Assembly: GCA_045659965.1 (NCBI GenBank)
Contig: JAZRCU010000160.1
Location: 1 to 45,600, forward strand
Reading direction: 5' to 3'
From: Faecousia sp.
GTDB taxonomy: Bacteria > Bacillota > Clostridia > Oscillospirales > Oscillospiraceae
DNA length: 45,600 nucleotides
The position numbers and the translations under genes are program-made. How positions within the stretch are numbered: position 1 is the stretch's first letter; the number at the start of each line of letters is the position of its first letter. Shown piece by piece: positions 37,616 to 45,600 of the stretch. The notes beneath the pieces were generated by a model. That model ran no database searches. It saw only the letters and a list, made by a program, of their open reading frames with translations, and was not told the DNA's origin.

Positions 37616-37636
37616 TAAAATAAAGGAGGAAAAACT

Positions 37637-38005
37637 ATGGAAAACGATGCAAGAAGTAGCCTTTTGCAGATGGCAAAGGGCGCAATCCAGGAGCGGGTCG
37701 ATTATGAGGTTACCCGGGTAGTGGACAACCTTCTGGACATGAACACGGAGGCAAAAGCTAAGCGCAAGGTTACGCTGAACATTGTAATGACCACCGATGA
37801 TGATCGGAGAGTGGTTAAGGTGGAAGCCTCTGCAAAATCCACGCTGGCACCAGCCACCCCCATTGGCACATCCATGGTGATCACTGCCGATAAAAACGGT
37901 GAAATGATGTTGGCAGAAATTATTCCGCAGGTTCCGGGCCAGCTCAGCATGACCGGTGATGAACAGGAAGCACCCAAAATCTTAAAAATCGCAGCACAAA
38001 ACTAA
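37637..38005 (+). CDS. Conserved-type phage hypothetical protein
   Basis: AAGGAGG RBS; NTEAKAKRKVTL..SAKSTLAP..QVPGQLSM; typically paired with the next gene. Confidence 0.75.
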   Translation: MENDARSSLLQMAKGAIQERVDYEVTRVVDNLLDMNTEAKAKRKVTLNIVMTTDDDRRVVKVEASAKSTLAPATPIGTSMVITADKNGEMMLAEIIPQVPGQLSMTGDEQEAPKILKIAAQN

Positions 38006-38017
38006 GGAGGAAATATT

Positions 38018-38734
38018 ATGTTAAAAGAAGCTATCGAAAAAATCGAGCGGATGGCAGCTCCCACCACTGTTGAAATTGAAGGTTCCGTATATTCCAACCA
38101 AGAACTGGTATTCGTTCAGGACAAAAAGCCTATGCCCAAGTGCATTGAGCTGACCGGCCTTGACAGTGTGTGCAAGATGGTACGCAACGAGGCTGAGCAT
38201 GTGGGCCTGCAGATCTTTATCCAGGTGAAGGATTACAGAAATGTTTCTGTGTTTACCTCCCTGGACAGCGACGAGGACCGGCTGTATCTGTATAAGTGCG
38301 CTGCCGACACGCCGGTTGTCACCACGGACAGATTCATGGACTATGAAAAGGCGGTCATTGAGCTGCGGAGCCTGTACATCCCCAATGATGGCACTGACTA
38401 TCTGCTGCAGCTGCTTTCCAGTATCAGCAATGAAAGCAAGGTGACTTCCACCGACAACGGTGTGACCCAGAAGATCGAGGCCAAGAGCGGCATTGCGCTG
38501 AATTCCATGGTGACGGTCAAGCCCAGAGTGACACTGCAGCCCTTCCGGACGTTTATTGAGGTTGCACAGCCTGCCAGTGAATTCCTTCTCCGTATCAATG
38601 AGCGGGGTGAGATCGGATTCTATCAGGCGGATGGCGGTGTGTGGAAGCTGGAAGCTACCCGGAATGTGGCCGCTTACTTTGAGGAAAAGCTGCAGGATCT
38701 GATTGATAACGGCACTGTGGTCGTGATTCGGTAA
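38018..38734 (+). CDS. Phage protein, DUF2303/YfdQ-like
   Basis: AAGGAGG RBS; DNGVTQ, LQPFRTFIEVAQPASEFLLRI, ADGGVWKLEA. Confidence 0.65.
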   Translation: MLKEAIEKIERMAAPTTVEIEGSVYSNQELVFVQDKKPMPKCIELTGLDSVCKMVRNEAEHVGLQIFIQVKDYRNVSVFTSLDSDEDRLYLYKCAADTPVVTTDRFMDYEKAVIELRSLYIPNDGTDYLLQLLSSISNESKVTSTDNGVTQKIEAKSGIALNSMVTVKPRVTLQPFRTFIEVAQPASEFLLRINERGEIGFYQADGGVWKLEATRNVAAYFEEKLQDLIDNGTVVVIR

Positions 38735-38745
38735 GGTGATGCACT

Positions 38746-38945
38746 GTGATCCAAATTGGACAGAAGGTTCGGTATGATCCGTTTAAGGATATGACTTACA
38801 TGGGTGTGGGTGAGATCCGGAAGATGGTCACCGGCGTGGTCACATACATCAACCACAAGCGCGGATGGTTCATGGCTGAATGGGAAGGCGCAAAACAACG
38901 TTCCGGTTCACCGATATTGGTACCGATGTGCGGCTTGTGAAATAA
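38746..38945 (+). pseudogene. Copy B of the 37418 gene with an apparent 1-nt deletion near 38892-38897
   Basis: N-terminus nearly identical to copy A; the homologous C-terminus FRFTDIGTDVRLVK* lies in another frame. Confidence 0.6.
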
Positions 38946-38963
38946 ACTTAGGAGGAAATTATT

Positions 38964-39209
38964 ATGGAACTGAAAGACACAATTGAAATGATGAACAGCC
39001 CTGACTACAAGGAGCGGTTCAAAGCGGAATACTACCAGACGAAGATCCGCTATGAGAAACTGCACCGGATGTGCGTCAAGTATGAGGCCGGTACTTTGGA
39101 CTTTACGCCTAACTGCAGCCTGGGTCTGCTGAAAGAACAGAAGAGTGCCATGGGGTACTACCTGGGCTGCTTGGAGGTCAGAGCGGAGATTGAGGGCATT
39201 AAACTGTAA
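38964..39209 (+). CDS. Conserved phage protein (crAss001_48-like)
   Basis: AGGAGG RBS; MNSPDYKERFKAEYYQTKIRYEKL..LEVRAEIEGI. Confidence 0.75.
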   Translation: MELKDTIEMMNSPDYKERFKAEYYQTKIRYEKLHRMCVKYEAGTLDFTPNCSLGLLKEQKSAMGYYLGCLEVRAEIEGIKL

Positions 39210-39246
39210 AAATGGGGGAGGCTGTTTGCCTCCCTCCTTTGTTTTA
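39210..39246. terminator. Terminator between convergent early and moron transcripts
   Basis: gggaggc-tgttt-gcctccc flanked by A and T tracts. Confidence 0.65.
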
Positions 39247-39390
39247 TTCAGCAAAAAGATTCACGGTCCCTGATACATTGTCGACCTCGATGGAACTGAG
39301 TTCTATACCGCGGAATTCATCACCGAATAGGAAGATATCATAATCCCTGGGATATTGCAGCAATGCTTCGATTAACTCCTGAACAGTCAT
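39244..39390 (-). CDS. 48-aa acidic protein (moron gene 3, not in the ORF track)
   Basis: GAAAGGAG RBS; MTVQELIEALLQYPRDYDIFLFGDEFRGIELSSIEVDNVSGTVNLFAE. Confidence 0.65.
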   Translation of the reverse strand: MTVQELIEALLQYPRDYDIFLFGDEFRGIELSSIEVDNVSGTVNLFAE

Positions 39391-39391
39391 A

Positions 39392-39574
39392 TTATTCTCC
39401 TTTCATACTCTTTCGAATGAGATTTTTGATGTAAGTTGCTTTCTTGGGTTGCGATTGGAGGTGCTCCCACATTTCTTTTTCGGATGGGTGGAAGTCGATA
39501 GTGATGCGGTTTACTTTCTCTTTGTACTTTCGCACTGCACGAAGCTGCGATTCGCTGGTCTTGTTTTCTGTCAT
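39392..39574 (-). CDS. Ribbon-helix-helix-like DNA-binding protein (moron gene 2)
   Basis: SQLRAVRKY..RITIDF..EMWEHL..ATYIKNLIRKSM; AAGGA RBS. Confidence 0.65.
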   Translation of the reverse strand: MTENKTSESQLRAVRKYKEKVNRITIDFHPSEKEMWEHLQSQPKKATYIKNLIRKSMKGE

Positions 39575-39588
39575 TGTTTATCGTCCTT

Positions 39589-39741
39589 TCAGATTTTGTT
39601 CCAGAGATCAGTTCCGATCTGCTTGCATTTACCGTGGATGTTGTGGGAACGGAAGATTTTAATTGCCTCTTTCAGGTCGATTGCGTAAATAGTGTGGTGT
39701 TCGCCGGTGTTGGAGATAGCGATGTACTGAACTTTTATCAT
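39589..39741 (-). CDS. 50-aa protein (moron gene 1)
   Basis: AAAGGAGG RBS before ATG 39741; MIKVQYIAISNTGEHHTIYAIDLKEAIKIF. Confidence 0.65.
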   Translation of the reverse strand: MIKVQYIAISNTGEHHTIYAIDLKEAIKIFRSHNIHGKCKQIGTDLWNKI

Positions 39742-39769
39742 GGGTGGCCTCCTTTCTTTTACTGTCTTA

Positions 39770-39798
39770 ATTATAACACACGGGTTAGATTCGGTCAA
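39770..39798 (-). promoter_or_regulatory. Strong SigA promoter of the moron
   Basis: TTGACC-17 nt-TATAAT with TG extension on the minus strand. Confidence 0.8.
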
Positions 39799-39811
39799 TA
39801 AGGCTGTGGAA

Positions 39812-39844
39812 GAATAGAGAAACGGCGGTGGGATTTGGTACGAT
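39812..39844 (+). promoter_or_regulatory. Putative late promoter upstream of terS
   Basis: GAATAGAGAAA; TAGAGA-18 nt-TACGAT. Confidence 0.6.
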
Positions 39845-39874
39845 ATAGCCAGAAATATGAATGGGGGGAGGCTT

Positions 39875-40465
39875 ATGGCAGACTGGCAGGCTATTAAAAC
39901 AGAATACATCACCACGGATACCAGCTACCGTAAGTTGGCCCAGAAATATGGCATCCACTATAAGGTGATTTCTGAAAGAGGAAAGAACGAAAAGTGGGTG
40001 GAACTGCGCTCACAGCACCGGGACAAAACCCTCACAAAAACCCTGGGCAAGATCAGTAACAAGCAGGCTGACAAGATGGCCCGGATAGATGCTCTGGCAG
40101 ACAAGCTGCTGGAGAAGCTGGAGCAGGCTATTACAGAGCTGGACTTACAGCTGGCCAAGCACACCGACAAGACCAAGGTCATCGAATACGACAACACCAT
40201 GCGGCCGGACAAGCCTACCAGAGAGGTTGTGCACGAAGAAGAGAATCTGCTGGAAGTGAAGAGTATTGTTGACAGACAGGGCCTGAAGTATATTGCTTCT
40301 TCGCTGAAGGACATTAAAGAGGTCAAGATGCTGCGGTCTGAGCTGGATAAACAAGAGCAGGAGGCACGTATTGCCAACCTGAGAAAGCAGGCAGATAAGG
40401 ACAATAATGATCTGAATGAGGTTGAGGTTGTCTTTATGGCCGGTGAGGAGGCGTGGAATGAGTAA
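39875..40465 (+). CDS. terS: Terminase small subunit
   Basis: MADWQAIKTEYIT..SYRKLAQKYGI HTH; GGAGG RBS; precedes TerL. Confidence 0.8.
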   Translation: MADWQAIKTEYITTDTSYRKLAQKYGIHYKVISERGKNEKWVELRSQHRDKTLTKTLGKISNKQADKMARIDALADKLLEKLEQAITELDLQLAKHTDKTKVIEYDNTMRPDKPTREVVHEEENLLEVKSIVDRQGLKYIASSLKDIKEVKMLRSELDKQEQEARIANLRKQADKDNNDLNEVEVVFMAGEEAWNE

Positions 40466-41918
40466 GATACAGCTTATCCTGCAGCCGCCAAATGAGAAAC
40501 AGAAGCAATTCTTGTCAGCTAAGACAAAGCATGTGGGGTTCGGCGGTGCCCGTGGTGGAGGAAAGAGTTGGGTTGTACGCGATAAAGCAAAGAGACTTGG
40601 CTTGCGCTATGGCAGGCCCAATCCAAACAAGCAAGGCATAAAGATCCTGATCGTGCGCCGGACATTCCCGGAGCTGGTGAATAACCACATTACTTTTTTG
40701 CAGACAGAACTGCACGGTATTGCCCGGTACAACGAATCCAAAAAGGTATTCACCTTCTTCAACGGTGCTACCATTAAGTTTGGCTACTGCAACAATGACA
40801 AAGACCTGGACCAATACCAGGGCGCTGAGTTTGACGTTATCTTTCTGGACGAGGCTACCCAGCTGAAAGAGGAATGGATCAAGAAGATCACAGCCTGCTT
40901 GCGTGGTGTCAATGACTTCCCAAAGCGAATCTACTACACCTGTAACCCTGGTGGTGTCAGTCATGGCTATTTTAAGCGACTGTTCATTGACAAGACCTAC
41001 GAGGACGGAGAAGACCCGGCAGACTATACCTTTATTCAATCCCTGGTGACGGATAACAAGGCGCTTATGGCCAGCCAGCCGGACTATATCAAGCAATTGG
41101 AAGCACTACCACCAAAGCTGCGGGAGGCGTGGCTATATGGCCGGTGGGATATCTTTGAGGGCCAGTTTTTTGAGGATTTTCGCACAACGCCGGACATTCA
41201 GAAGTGTACTGCAGCCGGTATCACGCCGGAAGAAGCGGTGCAGCAGCTCCGCTGGACCCATGTAATAGAACCATTTGATCTGAATGTGGGTGAGAAGCGA
41301 GGCTGGAACATCATGCGTAGTTATGACTTTGGCTACAATAAGCCATTCTCCCTGGGGTACTGGGCGGTGGACTATGATGGGGTACTGTACCGGATTATGG
41401 AAATGTATGGATGTACCCAGACACCGGACGAAGGCGTGAAGTGGTCCCCGGACGAGCAGTTTAAGAGGATCAGCGAGTTTGAACGGCAGCACCCATGGCT
41501 GAAAGGCAGGAAGATCGTGGACAGCGTGGCAGACCCGGCCATTTGGGACCAGAGCAGAGGCGAAAGCATTGCAGAGACTGCGGCAAGGTATGGCATTTAC
41601 TTCACTCCCGGGGACAATAACCGTATTCCCGGCTGGATGCAGGTCCATTACCGGCTGCAATTTGATGAAAATGGGTACGCCAGAATGTATGTATTCAATA
41701 ACTGCAAGGCATTTATCAGGACAATGCCGCTGATGATGTATTCAGAGACCCACCCGGAAGATCTGGGCACGAAGCTTGAAGACCACTGCCCAGATGAAGT
41801 GCGGTATATGTGCATGTCACGGCCTATATCGCCTATTGTGCCGGTGGAGCCTAAGACCATTGTATCTGACCCGCTGAATCAATTCACGGACACACAGCGC
41901 ACAAGGCGCTTTATTTGA
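40458..41918 (+). CDS. terL: Terminase large subunit
   Basis: Walker A GGARGGGKS, Walker B IFLDEAT, TCNPGG, nuclease YDFGY, ADPAIW, EDHCPDEVRY. Confidence 0.95.
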   Translation: MSKIQLILQPPNEKQKQFLSAKTKHVGFGGARGGGKSWVVRDKAKRLGLRYGRPNPNKQGIKILIVRRTFPELVNNHITFLQTELHGIARYNESKKVFTFFNGATIKFGYCNNDKDLDQYQGAEFDVIFLDEATQLKEEWIKKITACLRGVNDFPKRIYYTCNPGGVSHGYFKRLFIDKTYEDGEDPADYTFIQSLVTDNKALMASQPDYIKQLEALPPKLREAWLYGRWDIFEGQFFEDFRTTPDIQKCTAAGITPEEAVQQLRWTHVIEPFDLNVGEKRGWNIMRSYDFGYNKPFSLGYWAVDYDGVLYRIMEMYGCTQTPDEGVKWSPDEQFKRISEFERQHPWLKGRKIVDSVADPAIWDQSRGESIAETAARYGIYFTPGDNNRIPGWMQVHYRLQFDENGYARMYVFNNCKAFIRTMPLMMYSETHPEDLGTKLEDHCPDEVRYMCMSRPISPIVPVEPKTIVSDPLNQFTDTQRTRRFI

Positions 41919-41933
41919 TAGGAGGATACCAAT

Positions 41934-43901
41934 ATGGATGAAATCAAAACAAAGGAACCGGCAGCACCTGAGGCCATGAACACCGGCAAAGTGCAGCCTA
42001 TTGGAACAGAGCAGCTGAAAAAGTTTATGCAGGTACTGGAAAAGTACAAGGCAGGTAAAAGCCAGACAGAAAACAGGATTCTTGCCTCTGAAAACTGGTG
42101 GAAGCTGCGCAATACCACTGAGGAACAGAAGGTGACGAGTATTGGCGCTGACGGAGGCTTTACGGCTACTTCCGGCTGGCTGCATAACGTAATTGTCAGC
42201 AAGCACGCTGACGCTATGGAGGCATACCCTGAGCCTAACATCCTGCCCAGAGAGGAAATGGACAAGGGAGAAGCGCAGAAACTGTCTGCTATTGTGCCCT
42301 GTGTGCTGGAACAGAATGCGTTTGAGGCTACCTATTCCGATAACATGTGGCAGAAGCTGAAGACCGGTACCGGTGTTTACAAGGTGGTATGGGACAAGGG
42401 TAAGCTCAATGGACTGGGTGATATCTCTGTAGATCGGGTGAACCTGTTAAATATCTACTGGGAGCCGGGTGTTACGGATATTCAGAAAAGCCGGTATCTG
42501 TTCCACACTGAGCTTTGCGACAAGGATGTGCTGGAGCAGCGCTATCCCCAGCTGGAAGGGAAGCTGAAAGGCAAATCCTTTATGAGCACAAAGTTCCTGT
42601 ATGACGATCATGTGGACACGGAGAACAAGCATACGGTTATTGAGGTCTACTACCACAAGTTTGTGAATGGGAAAAAGACCCTGCAATACTGTAAGTTCGT
42701 GGGAGATCAGGTGCTGTACGCCACTGAAAATGACATGCAGCCGGTTGTGGATGAGGTAACAAAGCAGGTAAAGCCTCCTATGGCGATAAGTGGCCTGTAT
42801 GACCATGGGAAATATCCTTATGTATTTGACGCTTTATATCCCATTGAGGGCAGCCCATGCGGTTATGGCTATGTGGATATCTGCCGCAATCCCCAGATGG
42901 TGATTGACCTTCTGAACACCAGCTTTGTAAAGAATGCAATGGTTGGCGCGATTCCCAGGTATTTCCGCAGACAGGACGGTGGAGTAAATGCAGAGCAGTT
43001 CTTGGATCTGAGCCAGCCTCTTGTGGATGTGACCGGCAATATTGATGAAAATGCTTTAAGAAGAATTGAGCATGATACGCTGGATGGCAATTACATACAG
43101 GTGCTTGACAGGACCATTCAGGAGCTGAGAGAGACCAGCGGCAACACGGAGACAAGCACAGGTAATGTCAGCTCCGGTGTAACAGCTGCTTCTGCGATTG
43201 CGGCATTGCAGGAGGCCAGCGGCAAGGGCAGCAAGGACAGCACACAGGCTTCCTACAGAGCCTATACACAGATTGTTGACTTGTGTATTGAGTTGATCCG
43301 GCAATTCTACAACCTGCCCAGACAGTTTCGCATTGTTGGTGAGTATGGAATGCAGAAGTTTGAAAGCTATTCCAATGCTGGAATTCTGCCGAAGAACCAA
43401 GGCAATGCGTTTGGTGTGGAATTAGGCTACAGACTTCCTGTGTTTGATATCAAGGTATCAGCACAGAAGAAGAATGTTTACACGAAAGTATCCCAAAATG
43501 AAATGGCGCTGCAGTTCTTCCAGATGGGATTCTTTAACCCACAAATGACAGATCAGACGCTGATGTGTCTGGAATTGATGGACTTTGATGGGAAAGACGG
43601 CATTATGCAAAAGGTGGCCCAGATGGGAACCATGTATCAGAAGCTTTTGCAGTACATGCAGCTGGCACTGACACTGGCGCAGGCTGTAGATCCCATGGCG
43701 GCAGAGCAAATCGGCGCGGATATTGTGCAGACCATGGGTGGCACAGCTCCTATGGGTGGAGGAAATGCACAGATGTTCCAGAGTGACCATATTGCTGGCC
43801 TCCGCAAAAAGGAACCGGGAATTGTAGCAAATGCCAGAAGTCGAGCCAATGAAGCAGCACAGCCCGATGGTGGCAAGGTGACAGCAAGGGAGGGGAAATA
43901 A
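41934..43901 (+). CDS. Portal protein (podovirus type)
   Basis: 655 aa after TerL; KLKTGTGVYKVVWD, GVTAASAIAALQEASGK. Confidence 0.85.
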   Translation: MDEIKTKEPAAPEAMNTGKVQPIGTEQLKKFMQVLEKYKAGKSQTENRILASENWWKLRNTTEEQKVTSIGADGGFTATSGWLHNVIVSKHADAMEAYPEPNILPREEMDKGEAQKLSAIVPCVLEQNAFEATYSDNMWQKLKTGTGVYKVVWDKGKLNGLGDISVDRVNLLNIYWEPGVTDIQKSRYLFHTELCDKDVLEQRYPQLEGKLKGKSFMSTKFLYDDHVDTENKHTVIEVYYHKFVNGKKTLQYCKFVGDQVLYATENDMQPVVDEVTKQVKPPMAISGLYDHGKYPYVFDALYPIEGSPCGYGYVDICRNPQMVIDLLNTSFVKNAMVGAIPRYFRRQDGGVNAEQFLDLSQPLVDVTGNIDENALRRIEHDTLDGNYIQVLDRTIQELRETSGNTETSTGNVSSGVTAASAIAALQEASGKGSKDSTQASYRAYTQIVDLCIELIRQFYNLPRQFRIVGEYGMQKFESYSNAGILPKNQGNAFGVELGYRLPVFDIKVSAQKKNVYTKVSQNEMALQFFQMGFFNPQMTDQTLMCLELMDFDGKDGIMQKVAQMGTMYQKLLQYMQLALTLAQAVDPMAAEQIGADIVQTMGGTAPMGGGNAQMFQSDHIAGLRKKEPGIVANARSRANEAAQPDGGKVTAREGK

Positions 43902-44224
43902 TGATTGAAGTGATTTATTATCGCGGATACAACCGTGTGACCGTGAAAGGACATGCAAAAAGCGCGGAGGCTGGACGTGATCTGGTATGTGCCTCTGCTT
44001 CCATGCTGGCATATACCCTTGCTGCCAATGTGGCGAAGATGGCAGAAAATGAGCAGGTTAGAATGCCTATTACGCACTTGCAAGAGGGTGACACAGAAAT
44101 CAGCTGCAGTCCTCGCCATAATCTCAAAGCAACGGTGACACTCATTTTTGATTCTCTGTGCGTTGGGTTTGAAATGCTGGCAAGCCGGTATCCGGAGTAC
44201 ATTACATACAAAATTCGCCCTTAG
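43901..44224 (+). CDS. prp: Prp-family cysteine protease (ribosomal L27-processing type)
   Basis: 107 aa; VKGHA...DLVCASAS His/Cys dyad; GFEMLASRYPEYI C-terminus. Confidence 0.85.
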   Translation: MIEVIYYRGYNRVTVKGHAKSAEAGRDLVCASASMLAYTLAANVAKMAENEQVRMPITHLQEGDTEISCSPRHNLKATVTLIFDSLCVGFEMLASRYPEYITYKIRP

Positions 44225-44229
44225 CGCAG

Positions 44230-44262
44230 GAATAGAGAAAGACCCCTTTATTGGGGTATAGT
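44230..44262 (+). promoter_or_regulatory. Putative late promoter upstream of scaffold/capsid
   Basis: GAATAGAGAAA; TAGAGA-18 nt-TATAGT. Confidence 0.6.
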
Positions 44263-44268
44263 GTATGT

Positions 44269-44340
44269 AAGCTCATTTTCTACCTCCTTTCTTATAGCCG
44301 CCTGCTGGTGGGCGGCATCAGTACACCGGCACCCCCTTTT
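44269..44340 (+). ncRNA. Candidate structured RNA: anti-SD/anti-AUG tract plus H-type pseudoknot
   Basis: GCTCATTTTCTACCTCCTTTC at 44271-44291; stem GCCGCC/GGCGGC; loop TGCTGGTG complementary to CACCGGCA (44324-44331). Confidence 0.45.
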
Positions 44341-44425
44341 GTGATCATTTTCGTGGCTTCACGAAATTGGTATATATGTGGATTCGCCGCCCCAAAAGCG
44401 GCAGATTATATCGGAGGATTTACTC

Positions 44426-45406
44426 ATGTTTAACGATTTATGGCTGAATCTGCAGCTGTTCGCCGGTGAAGGCGATGGGGGCGCAGATGGAGCCGCTACC
44501 GGTGAAAGTGCTGTTGATCCCGGACAGCAGCGTCTCTTGGAATTGGGTGTTCCCAAAGAGAAGCTTAGAAAGAACAGGGCGTATCAGGCTCCTACTAAGG
44601 CGGCAAGCGCAGCTGCCAAGGCAGAACCAAATCAGCAGGCCCCTGCTGCTACAGAAAACCCCACGGAAGAACCGAAAACTGAACCCGCTCGTATGAGCTG
44701 GGATGAGATCATGGCAGACCCGGAGTACAACAAGCAGATGCAGGCTGTTGTTCAATCCCGTTTGCGCAGTGCCAAGGGTGCAGAAGAAACGCTGGGCAAG
44801 TTAACTCCCGCTTTGGAATTACTGGCAAGAAAGCATGGTCAAGACCCTGCCAATATCAATTATGAAGAATTGGTACAGGCAATCAGCAATGATGAATCCT
44901 TCTATGAGGATAAGGCGCTGGAAATGGGCGTGGACATTGCGACTGCCAGAAAGATCGACCAAGAGGAGAGAGAGACCGCACGACAGCAGCGTGAACAGAC
45001 ACGCACCTTGGAGCAGCAGAAGTTTGAACAGCACATTGTAAAGCTGGAACAGCAGGCTGAGGCAATGAAGAAAATCTTCCCCAACTTTGATCTGCGTACT
45101 GAACTGCAGAATCCTGCGTTTGCCAGAATGACTTCTCCCAATGTTGGTATCAGTGTGGAGGATGCTTACTATGCGGTGCATCGAAATGAGCTTCAGACTG
45201 CGGCCATGCAGGTGACAGCGCAGAAGACCGCACAGATGATCTCCAACTCCATTGCATCCGGCAGCCGCAGACCTGATGAAAACGGCACCTCCGGACAGGC
45301 CCCTTCCGTGACTACATTCGATTATAGGAGCATGAGCCCTGAGCAGCGCAAGGCGCTGAAGGACAGAATTCGCTCCGGGGAGAAAATCTATCCCGGTCAA
45401 GTGTAA
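44426..45406 (+). CDS. Capsid scaffolding protein
   Basis: GGAGG RBS; MFNDLWLNLQLFAGEG Prp motif; acidic coiled-coil protein directly before the capsid gene. Confidence 0.8.
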   Translation: MFNDLWLNLQLFAGEGDGGADGAATGESAVDPGQQRLLELGVPKEKLRKNRAYQAPTKAASAAAKAEPNQQAPAATENPTEEPKTEPARMSWDEIMADPEYNKQMQAVVQSRLRSAKGAEETLGKLTPALELLARKHGQDPANINYEELVQAISNDESFYEDKALEMGVDIATARKIDQEERETARQQREQTRTLEQQKFEQHIVKLEQQAEAMKKIFPNFDLRTELQNPAFARMTSPNVGISVEDAYYAVHRNELQTAAMQVTAQKTAQMISNSIASGSRRPDENGTSGQAPSVTTFDYRSMSPEQRKALKDRIRSGEKIYPGQV

Positions 45407-45600
45407 CTGCGGAATTTTCTCCCTCTGAACACATCATTTATCGGAAGGAGAAAGAATTATGAAGAAGTTAATTTCCAATCTGATGGCGATTGCCATGAAC
45501 CTGCAGCTGTTTGCTGACGCAGGTACCCTGGTCAATGCAACCGGCGGCTATGTGAACGCATCCACCGGTGCAACCACCGCCTTTGACGCTTCCAACAGCC
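45292..45600. repeat. Right copy of the imperfect terminal direct repeat
   Basis: Colinear with 1-308. Confidence 0.95.
45459..45600 (+). CDS. Major capsid protein 5' end (variant copy, truncated by the window)
   Basis: MKKLISNLMAIAMNLQLFADAGTLVNATGGYVNASTGATTAFDASNS. Confidence 0.9.
   Translation, partial: MKKLISNLMAIAMNLQLFADAGTLVNATGGYVNASTGATTAFDASNS

Noticed and set aside
37418-38945. DGR template/variable repeat pair
   Set aside because: Differences are not adenine-specific, are largely synonymous, and no reverse transcriptase is encoded
1-45600. Alternative genetic code or stop-codon recoding
   Set aside because: Core genes are full length in the standard code, TAG, TGA and TAA all serve as stops, and no suppressor tRNA is present

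Overview
The window is essentially one complete, circularly permuted ~45.3 kb genome of a temperate, short-tailed (podovirus-like) Bacillota phage. A Clostridia-type host is inferred from the AGGAGG Shine-Dalgarno (SD) sites, the L27/Prp motifs and the tRNA-Ala(GGC) attP. Gene order: major capsid, adaptor, tail nozzle and other tail genes, ejection proteins (including a 4170-aa polyvalent protein with zincin, adenine methyltransferase and Strawberry-notch helicase domains), tail fibre and two LRR adhesins, amidase and holins, intact attP, tyrosine integrase, immunity switch, recombination/replication genes, small early genes, a reverse-strand three-gene moron, TerS, TerL, portal, Prp protease and scaffold. 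The two ends overlap by ~308 bp but are diverged. Most notable observations: (1) two SD-led genes overprinted in the +1 frame inside the giant protein; (2) a late-promoter leader RNA starting with a perfect anti-SD/anti-AUG tract followed by an H-type pseudoknot; (3) three copies of a GAATAGAKAA-led late promoter; (4) a mutually exclusive RNA fold at the scaffold-capsid junction; (5) a peptidase-less repressor next to a LexA-like box, a candidate sRNA and a convergent 51-aa ORF. All product calls come from motif recognition and gene order; no database search was run.
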